A DNA stretch of 64,000 bases from Sideroxydans sp. GTDB taxonomy: Bacteria; Pseudomonadota; Gammaproteobacteria; Burkholderiales; Gallionellaceae. Both the position numbers and the translations under genes were made by a program. The notes below the pieces were generated by a model. That model saw only the letters and a list, made by a program, of their open reading frames with translations, searched no databases and was not told the origin of the DNA. Shown here piece after piece: positions 47,717-57,448 of the stretch (positions are counted from its first letter, which is position 1; every line of letters begins with the position of its first letter). The DNA lies in the NCBI GenBank assembly GCA_013791855.1, contig VMTA01000018.1:117659-181658 (forward strand), read 5' to 3'.

Positions 47717-47731
47717 CATGCCAACAAAGCT

Positions 47732-47761
47732 TTGACACCGTCTTCACGTTTTCTTTATTGT
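47732..47761 (+). promoter_or_regulatory. sigma70 promoter of cyc2
   Basis: TTGACA-N18-TATTGT. Confidence 0.65.
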
Positions 47762-47839
47762 GCGTCCCCATGGTTGCGAGGGTATGAAACCTTCCGGCCA
47801 TCTAAAGGGTAATTTCCAAATCAACGAGGAGAAACATCA

Positions 47840-49066
47840 ATGAAGAAAATCGCTCTCTCTCTGGCAAGCGTTCTGGCTGCTACAGCCTTCGCACCAGAAG
47901 CATCCGCCATCCCCGCGTTCGCGCGTCAAACTGGTATGGCTTGCTCCGCTTGCCACGCACAACACTTCCCCGTTCTGAACGGTTTCGGTCGTGCATTCAA
48001 GTCCGCTGGCTTCACCATGATGGGTTCGCAAGAGAAAATTGAAGGCGATCACCTGTCTCTGCCGGCCACTCTGAACTTCGGCCAGTTGCTGAAGGTGCGT
48101 TACCAGAAGACTTCCGGCCCAGCCGGCACGCCTTCCGGTGTTGATACAAACGGCGGTCAGTGGCAGTTCCCTGACGAATACGCCCTATTCGTTGGTGGCC
48201 GTCTGTTTGACAACGGCACAGTGAAAGGTGGCGTGATGGCTGAGAACGCACTGGGCGGTACTAATGTTGGCATCGTCGCCGGTCTGCGCGTACCTGTGGT
48301 TGTGGAACTCGACGCAGCCAAGCTGTCTGTGATTCCATTCACCACCGACTCTCTGGGGCCTTTCTACGGCTATACAGAGTCCAGTCAAGGCATCAACCGT
48401 GCAATCCGTTGGGCTGAGCACCGCATGGAGACAAGTTCATTCCAGTACGTCACAAACACCAAGGTTACTCAAAGTGGTGGCGAAGCAACGGGCTTGGCTA
48501 TGCTAGTGCATACCGACATGGGTTACATCAACGTGACTCGTTTTGCTCCGACATTTGCTGAAGCGGTTCAAATGTCTTCCACTGCAGTTGAAATCGCAGC
48601 GACACCGACGATTGCAGATATGGCGACAATCTTCAGTGTGAACATTCTGTCTGGCGATAGCTACCTGACTGGTGGTGCAACCAAGATTTCGACCAAAGCA
48701 ACAGCATTCAGTGCTCAAGCACATGGTGAATTGGCTGGTATGGAAGCTGGTCTGTATGCACAGTATGCTAAGGGTGACTCTGCAGCAGCTAGCGACTTTG
48801 GTGACCGCAAGTCTGTAACGGTTGGTGCTGACTTCACAGTGATTCCGCACACTTTGTCCGTTGGTGCAGCTGTTCGTAGTGCGACAAATTCTGTGAATGA
48901 AAAGGATAATGCTACTACTTTCACAGCAGTGTATGACTTGGCCCAAAACGTGGCTCTGGTGGGCAACTACACCAAGTACGGCAAAGTTCAGTACAAGAAC
49001 GAAGACCCAACTAACCTGAATCTGGGCGACTCGCTGGTTACCTTCATGCTGGAAGCAGCTTGGTAA
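47840..49066 (+). CDS. cyc2: Cyc2 fused monoheme cytochrome c-porin (putative Fe(II) oxidase)
   Basis: Signal peptide then IPAFARQTGMACSACH...LNGFGRAFK..G (CXXCH), beta-barrel body, C-terminal EAAW; GAGGAG RBS. Confidence 0.9.
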   Translation: MKKIALSLASVLAATAFAPEASAIPAFARQTGMACSACHAQHFPVLNGFGRAFKSAGFTMMGSQEKIEGDHLSLPATLNFGQLLKVRYQKTSGPAGTPSGVDTNGGQWQFPDEYALFVGGRLFDNGTVKGGVMAENALGGTNVGIVAGLRVPVVVELDAAKLSVIPFTTDSLGPFYGYTESSQGINRAIRWAEHRMETSSFQYVTNTKVTQSGGEATGLAMLVHTDMGYINVTRFAPTFAEAVQMSSTAVEIAATPTIADMATIFSVNILSGDSYLTGGATKISTKATAFSAQAHGELAGMEAGLYAQYAKGDSAAASDFGDRKSVTVGADFTVIPHTLSVGAAVRSATNSVNEKDNATTFTAVYDLAQNVALVGNYTKYGKVQYKNEDPTNLNLGDSLVTFMLEAAW

Positions 49067-49082
49067 GTTTGAGCTGACGTAA

Positions 49083-49159
49083 GGATTCCGGTTCGCCGGG
49101 ATCCAAACCAAGCACAAGCACCAATGAAACAGGGGAGACTTCGGTCTCCCTTGTTTTTT
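49083..49159 (+). terminator. Two UUCG hairpins after cyc2; the second is an intrinsic terminator
   Basis: GGATTCCGG-TTCG-CCGGGATCC and GGGAGAC-TTCG-GTCTCCC-TTGTTTTTT. Confidence 0.85.
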
Positions 49160-49225
49160 GCCTGTCATTCACGCAAAGCGAGTATCCAGTTATACTGGCC
49201 TCACAATAATTTCAAGGAGCGATTG

Positions 49226-49459
49226 ATGAAATCTCTGTTTGTTCGTGCTGAATGGGACGATGAAGCAAAAGTATGGGTTGCTACTAGCGACGATGTGCCG
49301 GGATTGGTTGCGGAAGCGGATACAGAAGAGGCATTGCTTGCCAAACTTCACGTGTTGATTCCTGAACTGCTTGATGCGAACGGCTACCCTGATGGGGGGG
49401 AGGTTCCTTTCGAGCTATTTTCCAGACGTTTCGACGTGGCTCATCGGAAAGTGGCCTGA
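49226..49459 (+). CDS. DUF1902 / HicB-like antitoxin
   Basis: WDDEAKVWVATSDDVPGLVAEADT; AAGGAG RBS; coupled to the hicA-like gene. Confidence 0.8.
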   Translation: MKSLFVRAEWDDEAKVWVATSDDVPGLVAEADTEEALLAKLHVLIPELLDANGYPDGGEVPFELFSRRFDVAHRKVA

Positions 49460-49656
49460 TGGTCGCGAGTTTCACGGCGCAGTTGAAGGAAATTCTCAGC
49501 AAGGCGGGATGCCGATTCGAGAGGCAGGGGAAGGGTGATCATGAGATATGGTTCAGCCCCATTACTGAAATCAGATTTCCCGTGGACAGTAAAATCAAAT
49601 CTCGTCATACCGCAAATGCGGTTCTAAAGCAGGCTGGGTTGCCGAAGAAGTTCTAG
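49459..49656 (+). CDS. hicA: HicA-family toxin
   Basis: ILSKAGC.FERQGKGDHEIW.SP...HTANAVLKQAGL. Confidence 0.85.
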   Translation: MVASFTAQLKEILSKAGCRFERQGKGDHEIWFSPITEIRFPVDSKIKSRHTANAVLKQAGLPKKF

Positions 49657-49670
49657 AAATCTGTGCAGTT

Positions 49671-50396
49671 TTATTGTGGGCTGTACCAGCTGATTCCTTC
49701 GCGGTCGGCGCGCAACGCGTTAGTCCGTGTATCCCAGTCACCCAGCACCCAGCGTTCGCAGGTGTGGCCATCCACATGATGCAGATGTTTCGCTGGTCGG
49801 TGGGTGTGGCCGTGGATGAGGCGCGGATAGTCGTGGTGGCGTAACAATGTATGCACGGCTTCGTTGCTCACGTCCATGATCTCCATGGCTTTCTCGCGTT
49901 TGGAGTGTTCGCTCTGCGTACGCAGTTGTTCGATCTGTGCCTTGCGCTGACTCAAGGATTGTGCGAGGAATTGAGATTTCCAATCTGATGCGCGTACCGT
50001 GGTTCGGAATTGTTGGTAAGCACTATCTCCTGTGCAAAGGATGTCGCCGTGGGTTAGCAGAGTGGATTGGCCGTAAAGGTCGATGGATGTCGGATCGTTC
50101 AGTAGTTGTGCATTGCAGGCGGCGGCGAGCGCCTCATCCATGAGGAAGTCACGGTTGCCATGCATGATGAATATGCGTGTGCCGCCAATGGCGAGTTCGG
50201 AGAGCGCGCCGCATATCTGGCGATGGAATGGGGTGTCCAGGTCGTCGTCGCCTGCCCAGTATTCGAACAGGTCGCCCAGTATGTAGAGTGCTTCGGCCTT
50301 GGGCGCGACTTCATGCGCGAACCGCAGGAACTGCGCTGCCGTGTGCGGATGGGATTCGCTGAGGTGCAGGTCGGAAATGAAAAGGGTATGGGGCAT
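49671..50396 (-). CDS. lpxH: UDP-2,3-diacylglucosamine hydrolase
   Basis: FISDLHL, ILGDLFEYWAGDD, HGNRDFL, HGD.LC, IHGHTHRP, LGDW. Confidence 0.95.
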   Translation of the reverse strand: MPHTLFISDLHLSESHPHTAAQFLRFAHEVAPKAEALYILGDLFEYWAGDDDLDTPFHRQICGALSELAIGGTRIFIMHGNRDFLMDEALAAACNAQLLNDPTSIDLYGQSTLLTHGDILCTGDSAYQQFRTTVRASDWKSQFLAQSLSQRKAQIEQLRTQSEHSKREKAMEIMDVSNEAVHTLLRHHDYPRLIHGHTHRPAKHLHHVDGHTCERWVLGDWDTRTNALRADREGISWYSPQ

Positions 50397-50406
50397 ATCT
50401 AATTAA

Positions 50407-50520
50407 CCGTCACACCGGCGGAGGCCGGTGTCCAGTGAAAATAATGATGCAGTGCAACGCACTGACATAACGGCATTATTAAATTGAAGCACTGGATTCC
50501 GGCCTTCGCCGGAATGACGG
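50407..50520. repeat. Two inverted REP-like palindromes forming a ~114-bp hairpin element
   Basis: CCGTCACACCGGCGGAGGCCGGTGTCCAGTG (50407-50437) and an inverted CCGTCATTCCGGCGAAGGCCGGAATCCAGTG (50490-50520). Confidence 0.85.
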
Positions 50521-50587
50521 AATCTAGATTTATAGAGGTGCCAATAACTTGAGATTCCATAATGCTTGAATCTCGGTTTTCCAACGT

Positions 50588-51169
50588 TTACTGAACCACT
50601 TCAGCCTTGATGATGACGACGTCTTCTTTCGGCACGTCCTGGTGGAAGCCGCTGCTGCCGGTCTTGACCTTGGCGATTGCATCGATCACGTCCATGCCTT
50701 CGACTACTTTACCGAACACGCAATAGCCCCAGCCGTCTTGCCCGGGATAGTCGAGGAAGCTGTTGTTCTTGGTGTTGATGAAGAACTGGGAGCTGGCGGA
50801 GTGCGGGTCGCCGGTGCGTGCCATGGCGATGGTGTACTTGTCGTTCTTCAGGCCGTTGGCGGCTTCGTTTTTGATCGGATCGTTGGTCTTCTTCTGCTTC
50901 ATGCCGGGTTCAAAGCCGCCGCCCTGGATCATGAAGTTTGGGATGACACGGTGGAACACGACGTTGCTGTAGAAGCCGCTGTTCACATAGTCGAGGAAGT
51001 TCTGGGTGGTGATCGGCGCTTTTTCAGCGTCCAGTTGCAGGGTGAAGGTGCCGTGGTTGGTTTCGAATTTGACCATTTTCAATTTTCCTTTGGTTAGAGA
51101 TGCGGCTTGCGCGGGCAGGATGCAGAGTCCTACCAGCAGTGAGGCGAGGATGATGCGTACGAATTTCAT
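50588..51169 (-). CDS. ppiB: Cyclophilin-type peptidyl-prolyl isomerase; signal-peptide start 51169 and internal start 51076
   Basis: [39 protein letters not shown]. Confidence 0.93.
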   Translation of the reverse strand: MKFVRIILASLLVGLCILPAQAASLTKGKLKMVKFETNHGTFTLQLDAEKAPITTQNFLDYVNSGFYSNVVFHRVIPNFMIQGGGFEPGMKQKKTNDPIKNEAANGLKNDKYTIAMARTGDPHSASSQFFINTKNNSFLDYPGQDGWGYCVFGKVVEGMDVIDAIAKVKTGSSGFHQDVPKEDVVIIKAEVVQ

Positions 51170-51171
51170 TA

Positions 51172-52338
51172 TCAGGCGGCTCCTTCATAGACGATCTGCC
51201 AACGGCCATCGCGCTTTTGCCAATACTGGCGCTTGTGCATGCGATTGCTCAGGTTGTTGCTGTCGTATTGCTGCTCGAAATCCACCACGACCAGATCCTG
51301 CTGGGTCGGGTACGGGAACAGACTGAGGTTCTCGATCTTCACCTTGATCCAGGACTTTCCGCTATTGACCAGACGCTTGTGCGCGGCAAAGTCAGAGAGC
51401 GTGGTGATGCCGGCATTGAAATCATCCGCATAGTGGGAAAGATAACGGTCGGTGTCGCGGCTCTCCCAGTCGTTGCGCCATTGTTCGATGGATTTCATCA
51501 AGGCAGCGCGCTCCTGATCGTCCGACTCGCCCAGCCAGTCGATGCCATTGGTGATGATGACCGGCGTGGTGCCGACCTGGATGTCGCGTCCCAGCCGACT
51601 CAGGTCGGCATTCGACAGCACGACACAGCCGTTGCTGGCGCGCGGCGGGCGGCTATAGGTGTCGGACGGTGTGCCATGCAGCCAGATGCCGTGACCTTTG
51701 CGCCCTTGGCGTTGATCCCATTCGTTCGGGTAGCTGATCGGGAATGCGCCTGAGCCATACAAGTCGGCCAGCTTGTGGCGGGGGATATAGCTGTCCACGA
51801 AGTAGACGCCGAGCGGGGTCTTTTGGTCTCCCTCGACGACTTTGTCCGGCCCCTTTTTCCCCATGCTGATGTAGAAATCGGCGACGTAGCGTGGCTCGCC
51901 ATCTACGTTCTCGTAAAGATAGAGTGTGGATTTGCTGGTATCCACCACCACCGCGTGCTGTTGCTTGGGGTTGAGGCGCCATAGATAACGCGGCACGGCG
52001 ACGGGCTGCTGTTGCTGCGCGCGCTGCAAACGCACTTGTGCCTCTTCCCGCAGGTCTTGCACAAGGTCACGCGGGGCGTTCGGGGCATCACCGAATTCGC
52101 TGATGGAACGCGAGCGGGCCAGCAAGAGATCGCCCTTTACCAGTTGTGCGAGTTTGAAGTTCGGATTGAGTCTGAGCAGGGAATCGACTTCATTTAGCGC
52201 GACATCGAGCCGATTATCACTGACTGCCTGCAAGCTTCTGGCCAGCTGCTGTTCCATGTCGCGCGAATCCGGCTCCGCATGGGCGCTGAGCCCGAAGCAG
52301 GACAAGAGCAACAGAAGGGGATTGAGCCGTGTCTTCAT
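51172..52338 (-). CDS. YkuD-family L,D-peptidase with C-terminal NTF2-like domain (Csd6/Pgp2-like)
   Basis: [24 protein letters not shown]...SNGCVVL; C-terminal W...WES.D...YLSHY...F.Q.Y.S..L.....KRQYW. Confidence 0.85.
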   Translation of the reverse strand: MKTRLNPLLLLLSCFGLSAHAEPDSRDMEQQLARSLQAVSDNRLDVALNEVDSLLRLNPNFKLAQLVKGDLLLARSRSISEFGDAPNAPRDLVQDLREEAQVRLQRAQQQQPVAVPRYLWRLNPKQQHAVVVDTSKSTLYLYENVDGEPRYVADFYISMGKKGPDKVVEGDQKTPLGVYFVDSYIPRHKLADLYGSGAFPISYPNEWDQRQGRKGHGIWLHGTPSDTYSRPPRASNGCVVLSNADLSRLGRDIQVGTTPVIITNGIDWLGESDDQERAALMKSIEQWRNDWESRDTDRYLSHYADDFNAGITTLSDFAAHKRLVNSGKSWIKVKIENLSLFPYPTQQDLVVVDFEQQYDSNNLSNRMHKRQYWQKRDGRWQIVYEGAA

Positions 52339-52341
52339 CTA

Positions 52342-53451
52342 TTAGTTGTCGCTGCGCTCATCCGCGATCTGCCAGCCGGCGGCCGTTTTGACCCAGTGCA
52401 GCGTCTTGTTGTTGATGCTCTTGAAGTGGCTGGCGTTGTAGGTCTGGCGGAAGCTGATGCGCGCATGGCTGTCGTCGATGACCTCGACTTTGGCATTGTC
52501 GATGCCGACCTTGATGGACTTGGGCTTGCTAACGCGATCATTGCGCATCTGTTCCCAAGCTTTGCGTGCTTCACCATTGGGCGTCTTGAATTCGGCCGCA
52601 TAGAAGCCCAGATAGCGCTTCACATTCTTGGCAGCCCAGGCGGCGGCCCAATCGCGCGTCGCTTGCATGACCTCCGCGCTTGCATCGGTTGCTGCTGCAA
52701 CCGGCTTAGCCGCAGGGATTGCCTTGGCAGGTGGTGCGACTGCCACGACAGGTGCTGTGGCCACGACTGGCGGTGCAGCAACGGCTGTTGCGGCTGGTTC
52801 TGTCTTGGCTGGCGTCGGTGCTGCCACGATCGGCTGAGCAGGTGCGGGCTTCGCGGCCACAACGGGCTTCGCCGGTGCGGCAGGTTGGGCCGCGGCCGCG
52901 ACTGCCAGAGCGGGTGTCGTTGGTGTCGCGTTCTGAGTACCCTTGCCGAACAGATCGCGGATCAGGGCGAGCTTGGTCTTGGTGCCGGTGTTGTTCTTGT
53001 CCAGTTGCAGCGCGCGGTCGTAGGCCTGGCTGGCCATCTTGGCGTAGATGTCGCCAAGGTTCTCGTGCGCGGTGGCATAGCTCGGGTGGGTGCGGATCGC
53101 CATCTCCAGTGCGACTTTGGCTTTTTCGTATTGCCCTTGTCCGGCATACAGCACGGCGAGGTTGTTATAGGGCTCCGGCAATTCTGGATAGTCGTTGGTC
53201 AATTCGGTGAAGATGGCGATGGCCCCCACTGCGTCACCCTGCTCATTGACGATGAGGCCTTTGAGGAAGCGCGCCTGTGCGTCCTTGGGCTTGTTCGCCA
53301 GATAGCTGTTCACCTTGTCCAGTGCCTGCGTCAGCTGCCCCTGTTTGAAGAGCTTGTTGGCGTCCTGGATCTCGTCGGCATGGCTGCCGAGGCTGAATGT
53401 CAGTAGCGCGCATAGTGCGACACCAGTTGCGAATCTTTTCAATGTATCCAT
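52342..53451 (-). CDS. Exported TPR protein with Pro/Ala linker and C-terminal NTF2-like domain
   Basis: YPELPEPYNNLAVLYA TPRs; WAAAWAAKNVKRYLGFY...FRQTY...KTL.W; start MDTLKR at 53451. Confidence 0.85.
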   Translation of the reverse strand: MDTLKRFATGVALCALLTFSLGSHADEIQDANKLFKQGQLTQALDKVNSYLANKPKDAQARFLKGLIVNEQGDAVGAIAIFTELTNDYPELPEPYNNLAVLYAGQGQYEKAKVALEMAIRTHPSYATAHENLGDIYAKMASQAYDRALQLDKNNTGTKTKLALIRDLFGKGTQNATPTTPALAVAAAAQPAAPAKPVVAAKPAPAQPIVAAPTPAKTEPAATAVAAPPVVATAPVVAVAPPAKAIPAAKPVAAATDASAEVMQATRDWAAAWAAKNVKRYLGFYAAEFKTPNGEARKAWEQMRNDRVSKPKSIKVGIDNAKVEVIDDSHARISFRQTYNASHFKSINNKTLHWVKTAAGWQIADERSDN

Positions 53452-53626
53452 TTTGGTCTTTTTCTTGATAGGGTTATGTTGCCGGCCGAGTGCGCCAAAC
53501 GCACGCGATTCTACCAAAGAAGCGACTCTCATACACTGATTGCCTGCGCGAGGAAGTGTGGGGCGGCCATCTGCCGGTTTCGGGTAGAATCACGCATCTT
53601 CATAGCAACGCATCATTGGCATAGAC

Positions 53627-55303
53627 ATGAGCAGCAACACACCCGCCCCGACCCCTGTTTCGAACTTCATCCGCACGATCATCGATGCCGACCTGGCAAG
53701 CGGCAAACACACGAGCATCGTCACGCGCTTCCCGCCCGAGCCGAACGGCTATCTGCATGTCGGGCATGCCAAGTCGATCTGTCTCAACTTCGGTCTTGCC
53801 AAGGATTACAACGGCCTGTGCAACCTGCGTTTCGACGACACCAATCCGGAGAAAGAGAGCGAGGAATATGCACTGTCCATTCAGGATGACGTGCGCTGGC
53901 TCGGTTTTGAATGGAACGGAGAGGTGCGCTGGGCGTCGGATTACTTCGATGCGCTGCACGACTTCGCCGTCGAGCTGATCAATAAAGGCTTGGCGTATGT
54001 GGACGATCTGACGCCGGAGCAGATGCGCGAATATCGCGGCACGCTGACCCAGCCGGGCAAGAACAGCCCCAACCGCGATCGCAGTGTGGCAGAGAACCTC
54101 GACCTGTTCGCGCGCATGAAGGCCGGTGAGTTCGCCGATGGCGCCATGGTGCTGCGCGCCAAGATCGACATGGCTTCGCCCAACATGAATATGCGCGATC
54201 CGGCGATCTACCGCATCCGCCGTGCGCACCATATCCGTACCGGCGACAAGTGGTGCATCTACCCGATGTACGACTATACCCACTGCATCTCCGACGCACT
54301 GGAAGGCATCACCCATTCTATCTGTACGTTGGAGTTCGAGGATCATCGCCCGCTGTACGACTGGGTGCTGGACAACATCACCATCCCTTGCCATCCGCGC
54401 CAGTACGAGTTCTCGCGCCTGGAACTGCACTACACCATCACCAGCAAGCGCAAGCTGCTGCAACTGGTGAACGAGAAAAAAGTCAGCGGTTGGGACGACC
54501 CGCGCATGCCCACCATCAGCGGTATGCGCCGTCGCGGTTACACGCCGGAAGGCATCCGCGAGTTCGCCAAGCGCATCGGCGTCTCCAAAAGTGAGAACAG
54601 CGTCGACATGGCAATCATGGAAGGCGCGATCCGCGAAGATCTGGAGTTGCGCGTGCCGCGCGTGATGGCCATCATCAATCCGTTGAAAGTGACCATAACC
54701 AATGCCGAGGGCGCACTGACACGCGAAGCGGATTTCCATCCCAACGTGCCGGAACTGGGCAAGCGTGAAGTGCCGTTCGGTAAAGATTTGCTGATCGAAG
54801 CAGACGACTTCGCCGAAGTGCCGCCACCCGGCTGGAAGCGCCTCACCTTGGGCGGCGAGATCCGCCTGCGCCACAGCTACGTGATGCGTTGCGACGAGGC
54901 GGTTAAGGATGCATCCGGCAAGGTGATCGAACTCAAGTGCAGCATCGACCACGACACGCTGGGCAAGAATCCCGAAGGCCGTAAGGTCAAGGGCGTGATC
55001 CACTTCCTGTCGCGCGAACATGCGCTGCCAGCCGAGATCCGCCTGTACGACCGTCTGTTCAACGTGCCGGAACCGGATGGCGACCGCGAGGTGGAATTCC
55101 TGTCGCATCTCAACCCGCATTCGCTGGAAGTGGTGCAAGGCTGGGTGGAAGCCTGCGCAAAGGATGCTGTGCCGGAAACGCGCTACCAGTTCGAGCGCCT
55201 TGGCTATTTTGTGACCGACCGCCGCGACCATCAGCCGGGTGGCAAGCTGGTATTCAACCGCACCGTGACGCTGAAGGACTCTTGGGTAAAAGAGCAGAAA
55301 TAA
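53627..55303 (+). CDS. glnS: Glutamine--tRNA ligase
   Basis: [40 protein letters not shown]. Confidence 0.97.
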   Translation: MSSNTPAPTPVSNFIRTIIDADLASGKHTSIVTRFPPEPNGYLHVGHAKSICLNFGLAKDYNGLCNLRFDDTNPEKESEEYALSIQDDVRWLGFEWNGEVRWASDYFDALHDFAVELINKGLAYVDDLTPEQMREYRGTLTQPGKNSPNRDRSVAENLDLFARMKAGEFADGAMVLRAKIDMASPNMNMRDPAIYRIRRAHHIRTGDKWCIYPMYDYTHCISDALEGITHSICTLEFEDHRPLYDWVLDNITIPCHPRQYEFSRLELHYTITSKRKLLQLVNEKKVSGWDDPRMPTISGMRRRGYTPEGIREFAKRIGVSKSENSVDMAIMEGAIREDLELRVPRVMAIINPLKVTITNAEGALTREADFHPNVPELGKREVPFGKDLLIEADDFAEVPPPGWKRLTLGGEIRLRHSYVMRCDEAVKDASGKVIELKCSIDHDTLGKNPEGRKVKGVIHFLSREHALPAEIRLYDRLFNVPEPDGDREVEFLSHLNPHSLEVVQGWVEACAKDAVPETRYQFERLGYFVTDRRDHQPGGKLVFNRTVTLKDSWVKEQK

Positions 55304-55304
55304 C

Positions 55305-56684
55305 ATGCTGAAGATCCACAACACCCTCGCCCGTGATAAGCAGGAATTCAAGTCAATTGAAGCGAACAAAGTGCGCATGTACGTGTGCGGCATGACCGTA
55401 TACGACTACTGCCACTTGGGGCATGCGCGCGTGATGGTTGTGTTCGATATGGTCTACCGCTGGCTCAAGGCATCCGGTTACGACGTGACCTACGTGCGCA
55501 ACATCACCGACATCGACGACAAGATCATCAAGCGCGCGTCAGAGAACAAAGAATCCATCCATACCCTGACACAGCGCTTCATCGACGCGATGCACGAAGA
55601 CGCCGATGCATTGGGCGTGCAACGTCCAGATCACGAGCCGCGCGCGACGCAGTACATCCCGCAGATGTTGCAGATGGTCGAGCAGCTGGAACAGAACGGT
55701 CTCGCTTACAAAGCGGCGGACGGCGATGTGAATTACGCCGTGCGCAAGTTCGACGGTTACGGAAAGCTGTCCGGCAAGTCGCTGGAAGACCTGCGCGCCG
55801 GTGAGCGTGTGGAAGTGGCTTCAGACAAGAACGATCCGCTCGACTTCGTGCTGTGGAAGCATGCCAAAGCAGGCGAGGCGGAAGAGGTGCAGTGGGAGTC
55901 CAAGTGGGGCAAGGGCCGGCCCGGGTGGCATTTGGAATGTTCCGCAATGGGTTCCGAATTGCTCGGCAATCACTTCGACATCCACGGCGGCGGTGCCGAC
56001 CTGCAGTTCCCGCACCACGAGAACGAGATCGCGCAGAGCGAAGGTGCGCATGGCTGCCAGTATGTGAACTACTGGATGCACAACGGCTTCGTGCGCGTGG
56101 ACAACGAGAAGATGTCCAAGAGTTTGGGCAACTTCTTCACCATTCGTGAAGTGCTGAAGAAATACGACGCCGAAGTGGTGCGCTTCTTCATCCTGCGTGC
56201 GCACTACCGTAGCCCGCTGAATTACTCAGATCATCATCTGGACGATGCCAAGGGCGCGCTGACAAGGCTTTATACGGCATTGAAATCAGTGCCGGCGGAA
56301 GTGAGTGAATTAGACTGGAACGAACCTCACTCCCAGCGCTTCAAGGCCGCCATGGACGACGACTTCAACACCCCGGAAGCCGTCGCCGTGTTGTTCGACC
56401 TCGCCAACGAGGCGAACCGGAGCCGATCCGCAGAAGCGGTAGCACAACTCAAGGCGCTGGCTGGCGTACTCGGCCTGCTACAAAGAGATGCGCAAGAATT
56501 CCTGCAAGGCAGCACGACGACTGGTGGATTGGACGATGCCGCGATCAATGCGCAGATCGAAGCCCGCATCGCCGCCAAGAAAGCCAAGGACTTCGCCGAG
56601 GCGGACCGTATCCGGAAAGCGTTGCTGGAGGCTGGTGTTGTGCTGGAAGATACCGCGCAGGGGACGAGCTGGCGCAGGGCTTAA
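55305..56684 (+). CDS. cysS: Cysteine--tRNA ligase
   Basis: [41 protein letters not shown]. Confidence 0.97.
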   Translation: MLKIHNTLARDKQEFKSIEANKVRMYVCGMTVYDYCHLGHARVMVVFDMVYRWLKASGYDVTYVRNITDIDDKIIKRASENKESIHTLTQRFIDAMHEDADALGVQRPDHEPRATQYIPQMLQMVEQLEQNGLAYKAADGDVNYAVRKFDGYGKLSGKSLEDLRAGERVEVASDKNDPLDFVLWKHAKAGEAEEVQWESKWGKGRPGWHLECSAMGSELLGNHFDIHGGGADLQFPHHENEIAQSEGAHGCQYVNYWMHNGFVRVDNEKMSKSLGNFFTIREVLKKYDAEVVRFFILRAHYRSPLNYSDHHLDDAKGALTRLYTALKSVPAEVSELDWNEPHSQRFKAAMDDDFNTPEAVAVLFDLANEANRSRSAEAVAQLKALAGVLGLLQRDAQEFLQGSTTTGGLDDAAINAQIEARIAAKKAKDFAEADRIRKALLEAGVVLEDTAQGTSWRRA

Positions 56685-57448
56685 GGAAGTTTTCCCGCAT
56701 TCACCATGCGGCTGATCAGTACTTGATTCGATATCCAGATCACCATGTCGTCGAATTCCCCATTCGCCGAGGAACTGGCAGTTGGCGTGTGAGATACGAA
56801 GGTTCGATTGTTGTTGGCGTTCGTGCCATCCAGATTCGCGGCCTCATCAATGCCGAGTCCGCCTTGAGCGCCGTTTTTGCCTGTGGAGAACAACACCACA
56901 GGCACTCCAGGTAGCGCCGTCAATCTACTGGCATTGTCTACGCAGTCGGTTGTCGTGATGCTGGTGGCTGTCGTGCAAACCACAAGATTCGGATCAAGGT
57001 TCTCCAATCCTGTGCTGGCCATACCATTTGCGGTGGTGTAGGCGTTGCTGTCGGATGATGTGACCGCGTATCTGATCGGGTTGTCCCAAGCATCCAGTAC
57101 TTCACCGTTCTCGTTCAGCGAATTGAGTCCCAGAGTGACGCCGGGTACAACGCCGTTATAAGAATTGTTGCAAGCCCCACCTGTTGGGCTTTCCGTGCCA
57201 CTGCCTTGCGGGGCAGGGCAGGGCAACCTCCCATTGATGATGGCAAAGCCGATCAAGGCTTGCTGAATCTCGTTCAGCTGTCTTTTCGTTTCCGTCATGC
57301 GCTGTTGCTCGATCTGGCCGGAAATGGTGGGGACCAAGCCGGTCAGCAGTAAAGCGACGATGGCGAGCACCATGGCCATTTCGACCAGCGTGAAGCCTTT
57401 CTCATATGCGGAGTTTTCTGCAAAAGTCGTCATTCGAATCATGGGCAA
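56681..57448 (-). CDS. Minor prepilin/pseudopilin
   Basis: [31 protein letters not shown]; start 57448 or 57442. Confidence 0.85.
   Translation of the reverse strand: MPMIRMTTFAENSAYEKGFTLVEMAMVLAIVALLLTGLVPTISGQIEQQRMTETKRQLNEIQQALIGFAIINGRLPCPAPQGSGTESPTGGACNNSYNGVVPGVTLGLNSLNENGEVLDAWDNPIRYAVTSSDSNAYTTANGMASTGLENLDPNLVVCTTATSITTTDCVDNASRLTALPGVPVVLFSTGKNGAQGGLGIDEAANLDGTNANNNRTFVSHTPTASSSANGEFDDMVIWISNQVLISRMVNAGKLP

Noticed and set aside
47711-47724. Possible sigma54 promoter (TGGCATGTGTTGC, minus strand) near cyc2
   Set aside because: GG-to-GC spacing is 8 nt instead of 10, and it points away from cyc2
49083-49700. hicBA region as a mobile element
   Set aside because: No transposase, integrase, terminal inverted repeats or target duplication found
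50399-50584. 61-aa ORF containing VIPAKAGIQ
   Set aside because: That peptide is the translation of the REP-like palindrome, not evidence of a gene
52620-52930. Repetitive GC-rich stretch in the TPR-NTF2 gene
   Set aside because: Encodes an ordinary Pro/Ala/Val linker; not a DNA-level tandem array
53600-55393. 597-aa minus-strand ORF (also 25762-26979, 37485-38690, 42143-43459, 7353-8612)
   Set aside because: Shadows of glnS, ppc, rpoN, the CPA2 antiporter and the EAL-GGDEF gene
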